The notes beneath the pieces are model-generated. The model saw nothing but the letters and a program-made list of their open reading frames with translations. It was not told where the DNA came from and made no database searches. The position numbers were made by a program, and so were the translations under genes. A stretch of 64,000 bases of DNA from Vicugna vicugna (lineage: Eukaryota). Location of the stretch: assembly GCA_013265495.1 (NCBI GenBank), contig MU057947.1:382048-446047 (forward strand). Reading direction: 5' to 3'. Positions 1-11,530 of the stretch are shown here, piece by piece. The stretch's first letter is position 1, and each line of letters starts with the position of its first letter.

Positions 1-800
1 AAAAGTGTGCAGAATTAAGGGTTAATAGCTTCATTATGCAAGAAGCTCATATAAATGGGTGAGAAACATACAGAAATCCTCATCGATTAATAGGAAAAAG
101 GCAGGAACAGCAAATTTCAAGAGAAGAGAATACACATTTCAATTTGAAGAAAAATATTTAACTACATGATTAATGAAAAAATGAATATTAAACATAACAG
201 AGCTCTTCTCCCATCCAACTAACAGAAAGTTTTCATGGTGGTATCCACAGCAGAGATGGAACATAAGTGAAATGGAAAACGTCCTGTGTTGTTGGACGCA
301 GCGCTTTTGTAAGATGATTCGGCAGTAAGTACTGTGAGCCTTAAAATATTCACATCCTTTGACCTCATAATTTTGTTCTGGGAATGTAACCAAAGAAAAC
401 CATCTAAAATACATAGAAAGCCTTAAAAAAGATGTTCACAGAAGTATTATTTATAATAAAGAAAAATTTTAAATAACATTTAAAATAGTGAATGTCACAA
501 AAATAGCAAAATGGCTAAGCAAATTACATTTCTTACATTCTATGGAATATTATTGAGCCATTAAAAACTGTATTTACAAAGATAATATTATAACATTTTT
601 AAACATCTTAGAAAAAAGTAAAACAAATTAAAATTTTATCTTCTGATTGATTATAACTAAAAAACAAGCCTACAGGGAAAAATAAATCTGTAAGGAAAAG
701 TACTAACCTGTCAATCACATTTGGGAACAATGGATGATTTTAATTTCAATGTCTTTTTTCTTTTTAGGTTTCACAATAGTTCTTGTGACTATGTATTACA
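1..800 (+). mobile_element. Ancient L1 (L1ME-like) ORF2 3' end and 3'UTR fragment
   Basis: A-rich, with decayed L1 hallmarks: 'cctttgacctcataattttgttctgggaatgtaaccaaagaaa', 'aagatgttcacagaagtattatttataata', 'tatggaatattattgagccattaaaaa'. Confidence 0.8.
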
Positions 801-1564
801 TTTAAAATCAACATAGAAACATTTTAATCTTATTTTTCCATCTGAAAAAAGCTGGAGAGAGAGATCATAATGGGAGGTTACAGATGAGCTCCTCAATTTG
901 CTGGTCAGGAAACAGACGCCCAGGGGTCTGCACAGCTCCAAGCCGCACTCATCGGAGACAAGCTCCTCTGTAGGGCTTGTCGCTCAGTATTTGTTAATTG
1001 CATCCACTCCCATTAATTAATTAATTCTAGAGGGATATTATTTTCTAAGTAGAAGTGTGTCCTGGGGAAAATCACTGCTCCCCTCTTTCACCCAACAAGG
1101 CTCCGGTCGGGAAAACAGACAAGAAATGATCCCAGTGCCACGTGGTAAGTGTTTAATACCCCATGCGTGCAACACTCCCAGAAAACAATTTTTAGAAGAA
1201 AAAGATAACCTGCTGGTTAAAAAGTAACCACCCGCCACATGATAAGGATTAACAGATTCATTTGGTGAAACCATTTCTGCTACCATTTCACTCTATGAAA
1301 TTTCACTTGCAGACACACTCCAGCAAAATTAGCACATCTTCAGAATGGCCCAAAATATGGTTAAAGTTTTGTCAGCCTAGGTGTGGAGGAATCAGCCCTG
1401 TGGTCGAGGCCTCCTGACGTGAGCTCGGAAGAACACCTCCATGGTTGGGCCACACCGGCCACTCCTGCAGGAAGTCGGAACCTTTCCTCTGGGGTCCATT
1501 TCTCTCTTTCTGCCCCAGCCTCTGGCAGGTTATATGGAGCCAAAGATAAGATCCCCACACAGAA

Positions 1565-1670
1565 AGTCTGAAGTCCAGGGCCTCATCCTTCCGCCCTCTG
1601 TGCCGCTGATCCTGGACCGCACCTTAGTCATCCTCTGCCTCAGTTTACCCGTCTGTAACATGACAGCAGA
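1565..1670 (+). mobile_element. MIR SINE fragment
   Basis: Core 'ctctgcctcagtttacccgtctgtaacatg' resembles the MIR core ctctgagcctcagtttcctcatctgtaaaatg. Confidence 0.65.
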
Positions 1671-1857
1671 TCTCTGTAAATGCACGCTTTAGTTCTTCAC
1701 TTCCGTGGCTTCTTTAAAGCTTAACACAACAGGAATAATTCCACTAGATCCTATCAACTCAACCTAAATCACTTGCTGGTATAAAGATAAATTGGAAATA
1801 CTAATGCTTCATGAATACATTACTCTGTACTTCTTTTACTTAGTGAAACATTTAATT

Positions 1858-1910
1858 AGTATTTACTAGAAAATTACTATCAATTACTAAAAATGACTCC
1901 AAATTACTAG
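1858..1910. repeat. Degenerate 10-bp tandem array (AAATTACTAN)
   Basis: Units at 1871 aaattactat, 1881 caattactaa, 1891 aaatgactcc, 1901 aaattactag. Confidence 0.6.
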
Positions 1911-2709
1911 CAAAATGGATAAATTTTCTCTCTACCACTAAAATAAATTCAATTACTAACTTTAAGTAATTGCGGGTAATTTATTTCTTGGAGGGCAGAG
2001 CGCTATAGACAAAGTGGAAGGAGATGATTAAGATGCTTGGAGTGGCTGATTCATGAGGGAAACTTAAACAGCTAAATCTGGGTGGCTGAGCAAAGCAAGT
2101 GGAATCGCACACGGCAAGCCGTCCACAAATTGCTTAACCAACATGCAGATTCTCTCTGTGGCTGAGCGGGGAGCGAGTGGGGAGGGAGGCCGCGGGGCAG
2201 AGGAGATCAATTTAATCAGGGGCTTCCTCCCAAAAATCTTAGAGGTTTACTCGATGGTGAAATCTGAGATCCTAATATGGTGTCCCAAAGGAAGTTGTTA
2301 ACACCCGGACCTAAGACAAAAGTGCACAGAGTGTTTTGCAGGATGACTCTGGAGGCTTTTAGGAGGAAAGGGAAGATGGAGATGCCAGGTTTTAACTGAT
2401 TCATTCTCCCTCCTCACCAGGAGGAAGAAGTTCCTGACTCCAGGACACGTCACTGCTGCGCGGGTACTTGGGGGTGGCAGAGGCCCTGGGGAGGTGGGGG
2501 GAGTCCTCTCTTAAGCAAGCATCTCCTGCCCGTGTCAGATACGCCCCCCACCACAGTCACGCCATGGAAGGGCCTGGCCCAGTTGGCAGATGCCTGACCT
2601 CACTTAGAAGAGCAACATAAAAAGGCACGTTCGTGACCACAGGATGACACCCATCACAGACGCAGAAAAGAAGTGATGAATGATAACTCAGATTTCCGCA
2701 TTCCAGGTT

Positions 2710-2845
2710 GGATGCAGCATAAAGGTGGCGCCGAAAGCCCTGGCTGGGCTCAAATCCTGCTGATCTATCTCCAGAATGGTGTGACCCAAAGCGAACCCCT
2801 ATCCACCGCCAGGCTCGGTCCTCCCATCTGTCAAATAAAAATTCA
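2710..2845 (+). mobile_element. MIR SINE fragment
   Basis: 'ctgggctcaaatcctg...gtgtgaccc...cctcccatctgtcaaataaa'. Confidence 0.65.
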
Positions 2846-2857
2846 GAGTGACTTCAG

Positions 2858-3390
2858 ACAAACCGACTGAGGTGCATCCAGACAAAGGAATGTTATTCAG
2901 CACTAAAAAGAAGTGCGCCGTCAAGCTACAAAAAGACGTGGCGGAACCTTAAATGCATGTTGCTTAGTGACAGAAGCCAATTGAAACCTACGGCACGATT
3001 CCAACCATGACATTCTGGAACAGGCAAAGCGAGGGCAACAGTACAGGGTCCAGGGCTGCAGGGGAGAGGTGAATAGGCAGAGAACAGAGCATCTTCAGGG
3101 CAGCGAAACTGCCCAGAATGATACTGTGATGGCAGGCGCGTGACCTTACGCATTTGTCAGAAGCCACAGAAAGCGCGGCACAGAAAGGGAATCCTAAGCT
3201 AAACTATGAATGGTGGTTGAGAGTAATGATCAGTATGGACTCCAGCGCTACGTGCCACACCAGTGCACGCTGGTAAGGAGAGGGGAGGCGGGGTGTGCGG
3301 GAGAGAGAGGGGGCATGACCTCTCTGTCTCTGTACTTTCCACTCAGGCTTCTGTCAACCTAAAATTGCTCTAAAAAAGTCCAATCTAAGA
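2858..3390 (+). mobile_element. L1MC-like 3'UTR
   Basis: 'ggaatgttattcagcactaaaaagaa', 'gaaccttaaatgcatgttgcttagtga', 'tgacattctggaacaggcaaa', terminal 'ctgtactttccactcaggcttctgtcaacctaaaattgctctaaaaaa'. Confidence 0.85.
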
Positions 3391-5087
3391 AGAAGTAGCT
3401 GCTCCACATGGTTGCAGGGAGGACGGGACGAGGCGGAGCCCTTGCACCAGGAGGTCAGCAGCATTTGGGGAGGGGCAGGCGGAAGCCAGACGGGCCGAGT
3501 CTGCACACGGGCTTTGCTCCGATGTTCCAGCCACAAGGCGGGATCTCCATGCACTCTCAGGGATCTGGGCCATGCGCGTGGGTCTGGCGGGCAGGAAGGA
3601 TGGACGTGGGACCCGGACAGCCGGCCTGGAATTCCAGGTGCAGGAGCGGGTGGCGTGCGCCTTGCGTGGCCATCCTGAGAGGGGAGGGGGGATGGTCAGT
3701 GGGGCAGCTGGTGGTGTGGGAAGAGCCTGGGGCTGGCGACCACATCATCAAGACACAGCAGCCACTGGTAGTGAGTCCATGCTCCTCTCCAGGCCCCTCT
3801 CCCCACCATCTGGAGGTGCTTCTTCTCAGCGCTCGGCCCATCTTTCTTCCAAGGAGACCTCACGTTGGGACACTTTTGTTTGTGAGCAGCTCTTCCTAAT
3901 GCCTCCTGCTTCCTGCTCACATCGGTGACACCATTCCATCATCATGTCACCACATCCCCAAGGAGGATGCTGTGAGCCGGAGAGTCTTTGAAGCATTAAA
4001 ACCACACCTAAGAAGAATCTCTGCCCCTTTCACAACGTTGATGGCACAAGATGCACAGTAACTTATTCCTGAGAGCCACATTTCCCGTCCGGGGGGCTTC
4101 CAGGATGCGGAGGGGAGAGCCATGCCTTCACACTGAGCGTGTGGGTGCTGCCCAGCTGGGCCACAGGCACGGGCGCACAAGCCACAAAGGGACGCGACGG
4201 CGGCACCTGGGGGTTGGGGTGGGTTGAGGGCATCATCTCATGACATGGAGTGGGGCTTCTGTTCATTTTCCTTAGCTCCATGCCTGCAGCAGAGACGGTG
4301 AGAATGAGGAAAGAGCCACCTCCTGGCTATGCAGCCTGCGAGACCCACACTACCCAGAGGCTCCCGCTCCACTGTGTTCAGGGCTGAATCAAGTCCCCAA
4401 GGCGAGAGGAGCTCCTGTAAGTCCAATGAAGACATCCCAAGGTTTTGTTCCGTGTCACACAATATCAAGTTAACATGGTGCTTCTGAAAAATGCTACCAC
4501 CATCTGGGAAAATCAACCCAGACTAGTTCCGTGTAACTTGCAAAGGCATTTAAATTGGCTCTGAGGACAGCCTTAAAACAGGTTGACAGATCCCCTCTGC
4601 CAACAGTTTAGTTTTGACTTAATACTGCAATTACATTCTGCAGCAGAGGAAATGTGCCCGAGCAGTCAGCCTTCGGTTCTTAAGCCAGCGGTTTACCCTA
4701 CAGAATTTGCCAGGAACAAGTTCATAAAGAAGAGGGAGACGAGGAGACTAAATCAGCTGGGGACAGCCACCGTCTGAACGGGCTGGAGCCCTGGGGACAG
4801 ACGTCCTGCGGCCTCACCCCACCAGTGGTGGCCCGTGCAGGGCAGGTGGCAGGGTCGGGGCTGTGGCAGCCAGACCTGCTTCCACCCCAGAACTGGGCGA
4901 GGAATCCACAGTGCCCAACTACTGGTGCCCCCCGGGGGGCCCCCAGAATGAACCGAGCCCCCTGGCACCCCTTAGGCAGCTCCCTCACTGCTGTTCAGAC
5001 AGCTGGTCCCTTTTATGGAGCCGGTCCCTCTTTCTGCTTCAGTTCAGCAAACAGTAAAGGATTTGACCTTGCTGACTCCTCCCAGCA

Positions 5088-5300
5088 CAGGGCAGCCAGA
5101 TAAAATACAAGACACCAGTTAAATTTGAATCATAAATAAAATGCAAACAATTTTTTAGCGTATGTCCTGGTAATTTATTTACAATTTACTGTAAGTGTCT
5201 GGGGCATGGTTATACTAAAAAAAAAAAAAAAAACCTCATTTATCTGCAACTCAGATTCACCGAGTCCTAAGCACTGTTATTTGCGAGGTCTGGCATCTGT
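5088..5300. mobile_element. MER53 non-autonomous hAT DNA transposon
   Basis: Starts 'cagggcagccagataaaatacaagacaccagttaaatttgaat', ends 'ttatttgcgaggtctggcatc'; near-palindromic layout as in MER53. Confidence 0.8.
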
Positions 5301-5638
5301 CTGCCAGGCCCTCTTTCCTGAGCTGAGTTCCGCTTCTGGAGTCCACATCGTCGTCTCACAGACGCCATCGTGATGCAGTGGACCTTCTTGGACCTGCTTT
5401 TTTGTGGGGCTGGACCTCTTGCACACCGACCTTGATCACCACTGAACTTGCTACAATTAGCTCTTCAAATCCGGTGAGAGGGGCCACCAACACATCCTTG
5501 GTCAGAGGCCCCATCCCCTACCCCTCTCCAGGGCCCCTGTGGACCTACTGTGTGCCGTGGGGATGCAAGGACGAGGTACACAAAGTCTTGACCCTCAGGA
5601 AGATCCAGACACAAGTGGACAATTTCATCAAAAACCCG

Positions 5639-5815
5639 CAAGTCCGCACCAAAACCCCTTTGGCCAGTTGTGCCTTAGGGTTCAATTTTTTTCGGATTTT
5701 AGAAAGACAACATGGTACACGTATCTTATAGTATATGATACATATTGTGTATAAGAAATACTCCCAGTGCATAAACACCTTCTATTACCCCCGTGGGCTC
5801 AGGGGCATCAGACAC
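5639..5815 (+). mobile_element. MER46C-like TcMar-Tigger fragment
   Basis: 'aaaacccctttggccagttgtgcc...ttttttcggattttagaaagacaacatggtacacgtat'. Confidence 0.6.
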
Positions 5816-6659
5816 AGGAGCATGACCAGGGCAGGCAGTGTATGTCCTGGGCGCCCAAACAGGGAAGACAGTACTTCTCCTTGCCTGCTCAACCTCACCA
5901 GGAAGCTGGGAGTGAAGACACAGAGCTTTCTTAGCAGAAATTCTTTTGTCCTTTTAACCATGCTTTGCTTGTTTTGAGGTTTGCCAGGAACTCATGGCGG
6001 CTGGGATGCACGAGGACCTTCCTTCCTGGGCCTGTGGGAGAGCAAGCCCAAGCTGAGGGGGACAGAGTGCCTTACGGCCCAAAAGGACACACTACTTCTG
6101 AGGGTGACACGGGGTGAGAGCTACCTCCAGGAATGTGAAAATCGTCTTCCTCATTGGTCCTCATTCTACGGATAGAGGGTCCACCCATCCTGCTGGGGGC
6201 CAGGCCTGCGAGAAGCTTTGAAGGGTGGTGACTGTGGCCACCTCTCCAGGTCACCTTGATGGTCTCCACTGAACAAGCCCATGATGGCAGTGCGAGGGCC
6301 CAGGCCACCGTGCGCTCAGGCTCAGTTCACACCCTGTCGTATACCGAGCTCAGGTGAAGGTGTGAGTCCGCCATGTTTACACAAGGAAGACACAAGGGTA
6401 CAAGTCCTCTGTTTAACACGCTGCACCCTCCCCTTGGAAATCCCTCACCCTCAGGGGCTTGGTCTAAGTGGACTCCTACACAAACAGAACGATACAATTG
6501 CTCTGACGTACAACATAGCTGAGTGTCAGGCTTATGAATACACCCTCAGTACATGGAAAGGAAGTGTGTTCAAGGAGTCATTGCTTGAAATCGTATCATA
6601 TCATACAATTCTTATTTTCAAAAACAACTCTCACCCCCAAACGATTATGTACCTACAAC

Positions 6660-6855
6660 TATGTGGTCCAGTAAAGGAGAGCCACTAGTCTCACATGCCT
6701 ATTTTCCTTTATGTAAAATGTAATTAATTGTAAAATCCAGTTCTCCAGTTTCACCAGTCACATTTCGAGTGTCCAGTTGCCACCTGTGGCTGGTGGCTAC
6801 TGCATTAGTGCACAGACAGACTATCTCCATCATGGCAGAAAGTTCTATCTATAGA
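6660..6855 (-). mobile_element. MER3 hAT-Charlie DNA transposon
   Basis: 'agccactag...cacatttcgagtgtccagttgccacctgtggctggtggctac...ccatcatggcagaaagttctat' is the reverse complement of MER3. Confidence 0.8.
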
Positions 6856-7229
6856 TTCAAGAAAATCACTCTGTTCTTGGCAGGCAGTGCCCTTCTTTTG
6901 TGTCCATGTCTCTAAAGCTGTTACTAAAGGGAGTGAAGTCCCCAGAGGCCGAGGTGGCAGGTTATGTGTGTCTAAGCCAAGACCAGGGTCGGGGAGACTG
7001 TCCTTGTTGACAGCAGCTTTTGGTTAACTGTCCTCAGCCTGCAGCTTGATGACCAAGGAGACGGAGAATGAGGCTCACATTTTAATTTTTAAAATAGTGC
7101 CAGGTTCTGCCATTGCTCATTGAACAAGTTAAAATGTCCCCAAGGCACAAGCATCCTCCTGGTGGCTAAACCCTGAAGATGTGCTGGGTCCCTCTCTCCT
7201 GTAACATCGCAGTAGCATTTGTGCCCTGG

Positions 7230-8095
7230 ACCATCTTCCTTGACAAACCTGCTTCCTTCTCACCTCCCTGGCCCCCTTTTCTCTGTCTGGTTGGCAGATG
7301 TCTCTTCTCCCAGGTGTTTTTCAGCCGTGGTGCTCCTCGGAGCTCCAGCCCAGACCCTCTCCTCTCCTCTGTGCTCACTGCCCAGACCTCCAGTCACATC
7401 TGCAGGCAGGTGAATCCTGAGTTAGATCTGTCCTCAGATGCGTGTTATCAGAGGCAGAGCGCGGAGACGGGCAGGGCGAGTTGGATGAAGGTGGTCGAAG
7501 GTACAGACTTCCACTTATGAGGTAAATAAGCACTGGGATGTAATACACATGGTTCAGACAATTAGCACTGCTGCACGTTATAAATGAAAGCTGCTAAGAG
7601 AGCAAATCCTGAGTTCTCATCACAAGGGAAAAAAGAATTGTTTCCCTTTCTTTAATTTTGCTTCTGTATGAGATGATGGACATTCCTGAAACGTGCTGTG
7701 GCCACTGTTTCATGATGTGTGCGAGTCAGATCGTTACACTGTACACCTTACACGTGTCCGCTGCTGCATGTCAATTACAGCCCAATGAAACTGAAAGGGA
7801 AGTGTAATTCATGAATTAGTTAAAAGAAAACCACACTATATTAAGTGAGTTAATGCAGTTAGGTCTCTCCCAAAAGCTCCAGGCCCAGCTGTCTCTGGAC
7901 ACCTCTCCTCGACCAGAAGCCTCAGTCTCCATGGGCCCAAGGGGACTGCATCACTCCCCACACCGCACCCATCTGAGACCACCTCCTCCCCTCCATCCTC
8001 GGGCAGTGCCCCAGGCCAGGACGCTTGCAGTCACCGCTGACCCGACGCTCGCCTTGCACCGCACCTTCAGTTACTCACCAATAAACTTCACCTAC
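7230..8095 (+). mobile_element. L2 internal fragment, split by the L1 at ~7440-7800
   Basis: Pyrimidine-rich L2-like text 'gtgctcctcggagctccagcccagaccctctcctctcctct' before the L1; 'tctctcccaaaagctccagg...caggccaggacgcttgcagtcaccgctgac' after it. Confidence 0.6.
7440..7802 (+). mobile_element. L1 3'UTR (L1MA9-like/laurasiatherian)
   Basis: 'aaggtacagacttccacttatgaggtaaataag', 'gctaagagagcaaatcctgagttctcatcacaag', 'ctgtacaccttac...tgtcaattacagcccaatgaaactgaaa'. Confidence 0.85.
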
Positions 8096-8099
8096 AAAA

Positions 8100-8315
8100 A
8101 CAGTATGACGTCACTTCTATGTGGAATCTAAAAAATAATACAAATGAATCCATATCCAAAACAGAAACAGACTCACAGACACAGAAAACACACTTGTGGT
8201 TATCAAATGGGAAAGAGGGGGAGGGGTAAATTAGGGCTTTGGGATGAACAGATTCAAACTACTGTCTGTAAAATGGGCAAGCAGTAAGGATTCTCTGGAT
8301 AGCACAGGGAAGTGC
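8100..8315 (+). mobile_element. Cetartiodactyl L1 ORF2-end/3'UTR fragment
   Basis: 'tcacttctatgtggaatctaaaaaataatacaaatgaa...aacagaaacagactcacagacacagaaaac...gatagcacagggaa'. Confidence 0.85.
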
Positions 8316-8349
8316 AGGTGACAGGTGATTTTTTTCATGAAAATCCTGC

Positions 8350-8700
8350 TAACCTTGAGCAGGAGAAGAATGTGAGTTGGTGTAACTTTGGGAAGGCAGT
8401 TTGGCGATGCCCAAAAAGAGCCTAAAAATGGCCAAACCCTGCCCAGGAATGGCCATGGAATTTTTAAAACTTGTTAGGCAATGTTGAAGCTCCCCTGTGA
8501 TTCAGAGTCACTATACTACACGGACTATTATGCAGCCGTTCAAAATGACATTTATAGGATTTTCTGTAGTGTAAGAATGGGCTCCATTTGCGTTTAATTA
8601 GAAAAGGCAAAACACAACATTTTAAGCGTTTTAGACATACAAAAAAAACTGAAAATGACATCCAAAGAGTGACCTCAACTGAGTCATTTATTCCTTTTTT
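8350..8700 (+). mobile_element. Ancient L1 (L1ME-like) fragment
   Basis: 'ttggtgtaactttgggaaggcagtttggcgat', 'ggactattatgcagccgttcaaaatga'. Confidence 0.6.
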
Positions 8701-8737
8701 GAACAGAAGGTTTTGAACATCCAACTGTGGCCTAGGC

Positions 8738-9229
8738 CAGCCGTTTTCAAACATTTTGACCCCAAGGCTCCTTTAAGATTCTCAAAAATTATTCAGAAAC
8801 ACAAAGAGCTCTTGTTTACACGGGTTGTATCTGTTGAGATTTACCATATCAAAGCTAAAATTGGTCATTTTAGAAATGCTTATTCATTACTTTCTTTCCT
8901 AAAGTGGTACATCCACAACATGTCAGTGCTAGGAACATGCAGAGAGAGGGGCATTCTTTACATTGTCGCAAATCTCTGTAAATCCAGCCTAATAGAAGAC
9001 AGCTGGGTATTTGCTTCTGTGTTCAATTTGTTGTGATCCCACACTTCATGAAGACTCTGGAAAATTCCACGGTATGCTCAGAAGAACGAAAGTGTGGAAG
9101 GCAGACAGTGTCTTGGTTGTTCTGCAACCAGTTTTGACCCAGTGTTAACAAAATCGTGTTGACCTCATGAGCCCCTGAAAGTGTCCAGAGACCCCGGGGG
9201 TCCTTGGGTCCCACTTTGAGGACCACTTG
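8738..9229 (+). mobile_element. MER119 hAT-Charlie DNA transposon, near full length
   Basis: Termini CAGCCGTTTTCAAA ... TTTGAGGACCACTTG (decayed TIRs); internal 'aaaaattattcagaaacacaaagagctcttgttt' and 'taatagaagacagctgg'. Confidence 0.85.
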
Positions 9230-10041
9230 TCCGGGTGTCCTTCTAGGTTTTAGAGTGAAAATCAAAACACAACTAAACCAAGCTCCTGCTCTCACGCCCT
9301 TGTGTTCCAGGAGGGAAAGGAAGAGGAGAAGTGCCTCATCTGCAGGAGGAAAGGGGCAGAAGAGGCAGTGGTCAGGGCAGGCCTCGAGGGTGCTGGACCC
9401 CGCAGGCACTGGAGGGAAGAAGAGCCCGGTCCGCAGGGCCACCCCAGGGGTGGGGGAGGCTTCATGGATCTGCAAGCTTCCCTGCGTTGTTCAATGTTCT
9501 ACAAGGAGCAGTATGACTATACCACTTTTTAAAATTATTTTTTAAATGAAGGCTTCTTGCAAGACCTTCATCAATGCAACCTTTGGAAGCAGATTTGCAG
9601 CCCCCTGAGTTCTCCATCAGGGGCTCACTGACCTCTTTCCACTGTTTGTGTGGTCACTGTGATGGTCCCTGAGGGCAAGGCCCTGGGGACACAGAGACAC
9701 ACAGAGCCGGTGTCCTGTCGGCCCCCAAGAAGGGACCCTCTTCTCTGGGAGATGCACATGCAGACAAAATGAAAACACAGGTCATTATGCTTTCTTGATA
9801 CCAACTTTTTTCTGGGCCTCCCTTGACAGACTTCTGGTGACCTGGACTCCAGCTCCCCAGCACACAGGATGTAGCCTAAGCTCACAGGGGGTCCCTTCCG
9901 GGTGGGCCCCTCAGCTCCGACTCCTGCAAGTACTTCTGCTCTCATTCCAGGCCTGATGTCACAGCTCTCTCCACTGGCCTCCCAAGCAGTGACACCCAAG
10001 AAAGGGTACAACAAGTTTTACTTTGTATAAATAACCAGGAA

Positions 10042-10165
10042 GGGAAGGTATAGCTCAGTGATGGAGTGTGTGCTTAGCATGCGAGAGGTCCTGGGTTCAG
10101 TCCCCAGTACCTCCATTAAATACATAAATAAACCTAATCACTGCCCCCCCACTGCAAAAAACCTT
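10042..10165 (+). mobile_element. tRNA-Ala(AGC)-derived SINE (camelid-type)
   Basis: Head GGGAAGGTATAGCTCAGTGATGGAGTGTGTGCTTAGCATGCGAGAGGTCCTGGGTTCAGTCCCCAGTACCTCCA (10042-10115) with A/B boxes; tail 'ttaaatacataaataaacctaatcactgccccccc'. Confidence 0.9.
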
Positions 10166-10212
10166 CCAAATAATAAGGCTGAATTTCCTAAATGCATCAA
10201 GAAAAATGATAC

Positions 10213-10290
10213 CTCTAGTGGCTTCTGGCATTCCTTGGCTTATGACAGCATCACTCCAAGCTCTACCTCTGTCTTCACGTGGTCCCTCTG
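10213..10290 (-). mobile_element. MLT1 (ERVL-MaLR) LTR fragment
   Basis: 'ggcattccttggcttatgacagcatcactccaagctctacctctgtcttcacgtgg'. Confidence 0.7.
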
Positions 10291-10429
10291 CAGCTTTTGA
10301 GTCTGTGGCTCAGCCTTGGGGAATGAGCCAGGCCTGACCCTGTTTGTGGCTGCACGAGTGTGGTCCCTTCAGTCAGCCAGTGCTTCCAAGTGCTTCCAAG
10401 TGCCTGCTGACACTGAGGTTTTTTGTTGA

Positions 10430-10900
10430 AATACTATTGAAATTTTTATTTTTCTATTTATACAGTTAACATGTTGTCTTTACAGAAACACTATAAAATA
10501 TAGATTAAAAAATGCTAAAAGGCTACCATAATCATCACTTCAGTGCATATATCTGTAGACTTTATGTGCTTATATATGTGCATATTAATATATATTTTAG
10601 ATAAATGAGTCATATGCTATGTACTGCTTTATAACTTGCTTTTTTCACTTAACCATGTATTGCAAACATTTATGTCAAAATATATGTACATGTGTATGTG
10701 TACATTTGTATATAACAATGTGTGTACATATACCTTCGTATACACATATGTACACACATACATACACACGTGTTATTTTTAACGCCTGCATATATTCCTT
10801 TCTGTGGATGTATCCTAATTTAATGAAACAATTCTCTACTCTTGGGCATCAATTTTTACTAAGTATCCTTTTGCTTTACACATTAGTCTGATTAATTTTG
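10430..10900 (-). mobile_element. Ancient L1 (L1ME-like) 3' region with internal (TA/TG/CA)n tract at ~10680-10772
   Basis: 'ataacttgcttttttcacttaac', 'ttatttttaacgcctgcatatattcctttctgtggatgtatcctaatttaat'. Confidence 0.75.
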
Positions 10901-11410
10901 AAGATAAACTGCTGGATCCAACAGAATCACAGCTGCCATCTTTTCTCACGTATCAGTGCTCTTTCCTGAAGCTACACGTATCTCATCCAAACACCACCAG
11001 CTTTGCCTCAAATTTGAAAAATCCCGCAGAGGAAGAGGAAAAGCGACAAATTCAGCACATACTCGCCCCCAGACAGGAAGGGAAGCCACATGCAGGGTTT
11101 GCAGAGTCTTTTTAAATAATGCTCATTGATTATTTTTCCTAAATATAAATGTACCATGAGAGAGTTTTAAAAAATGAGGACTCATTAAATAAATAGTGAT
11201 ACATGAGACTAAGTCAATTTTGTTCTAGAAGAGAAAAAGCAGCAGAAAAATGCTTCTCTTGTGATAATTATACTGCGCAAAACACAGGATTGGTCAGAAA
11301 ACAGCAGAACAGTGTAAACCTAGCCTCTTCCTTATCCTGATATCCTTGCATTTATCCAAGCAACCATTCAACAGTTATTGCACACCATCGTCTGCCAGGC
11401 AAGGTTGGAC

Positions 11411-11530
11411 AGGTCCTGGGTTCAATCCCCATTACTTACCTTATTATTAAAATAAATAATAAAACCCAATTTCCCCATTTGCCAAAAAAATAGTAATACT
11501 ATAATACAACAATAAATAAATAAATTTTTA
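11411..11530 (+). mobile_element. 5'-truncated tRNA-Ala-derived SINE
   Basis: AGGTCCTGGGTTCAATCCCCA (B box) followed by the same A-rich tail type as the 10042 copy. Confidence 0.8.

Noticed and set aside
10042..10115. Functional tRNA-Ala gene
   Set aside because: Mismatches in the D and T arms, a SINE-type tail and no oligo-T terminator; a second truncated copy exists at 11411.
10718..10759. 14-bp perfect inverted repeat (miRNA-like hairpin)
   Set aside because: Lies within a low-complexity purine-pyrimidine tract, where self-complementarity is expected.
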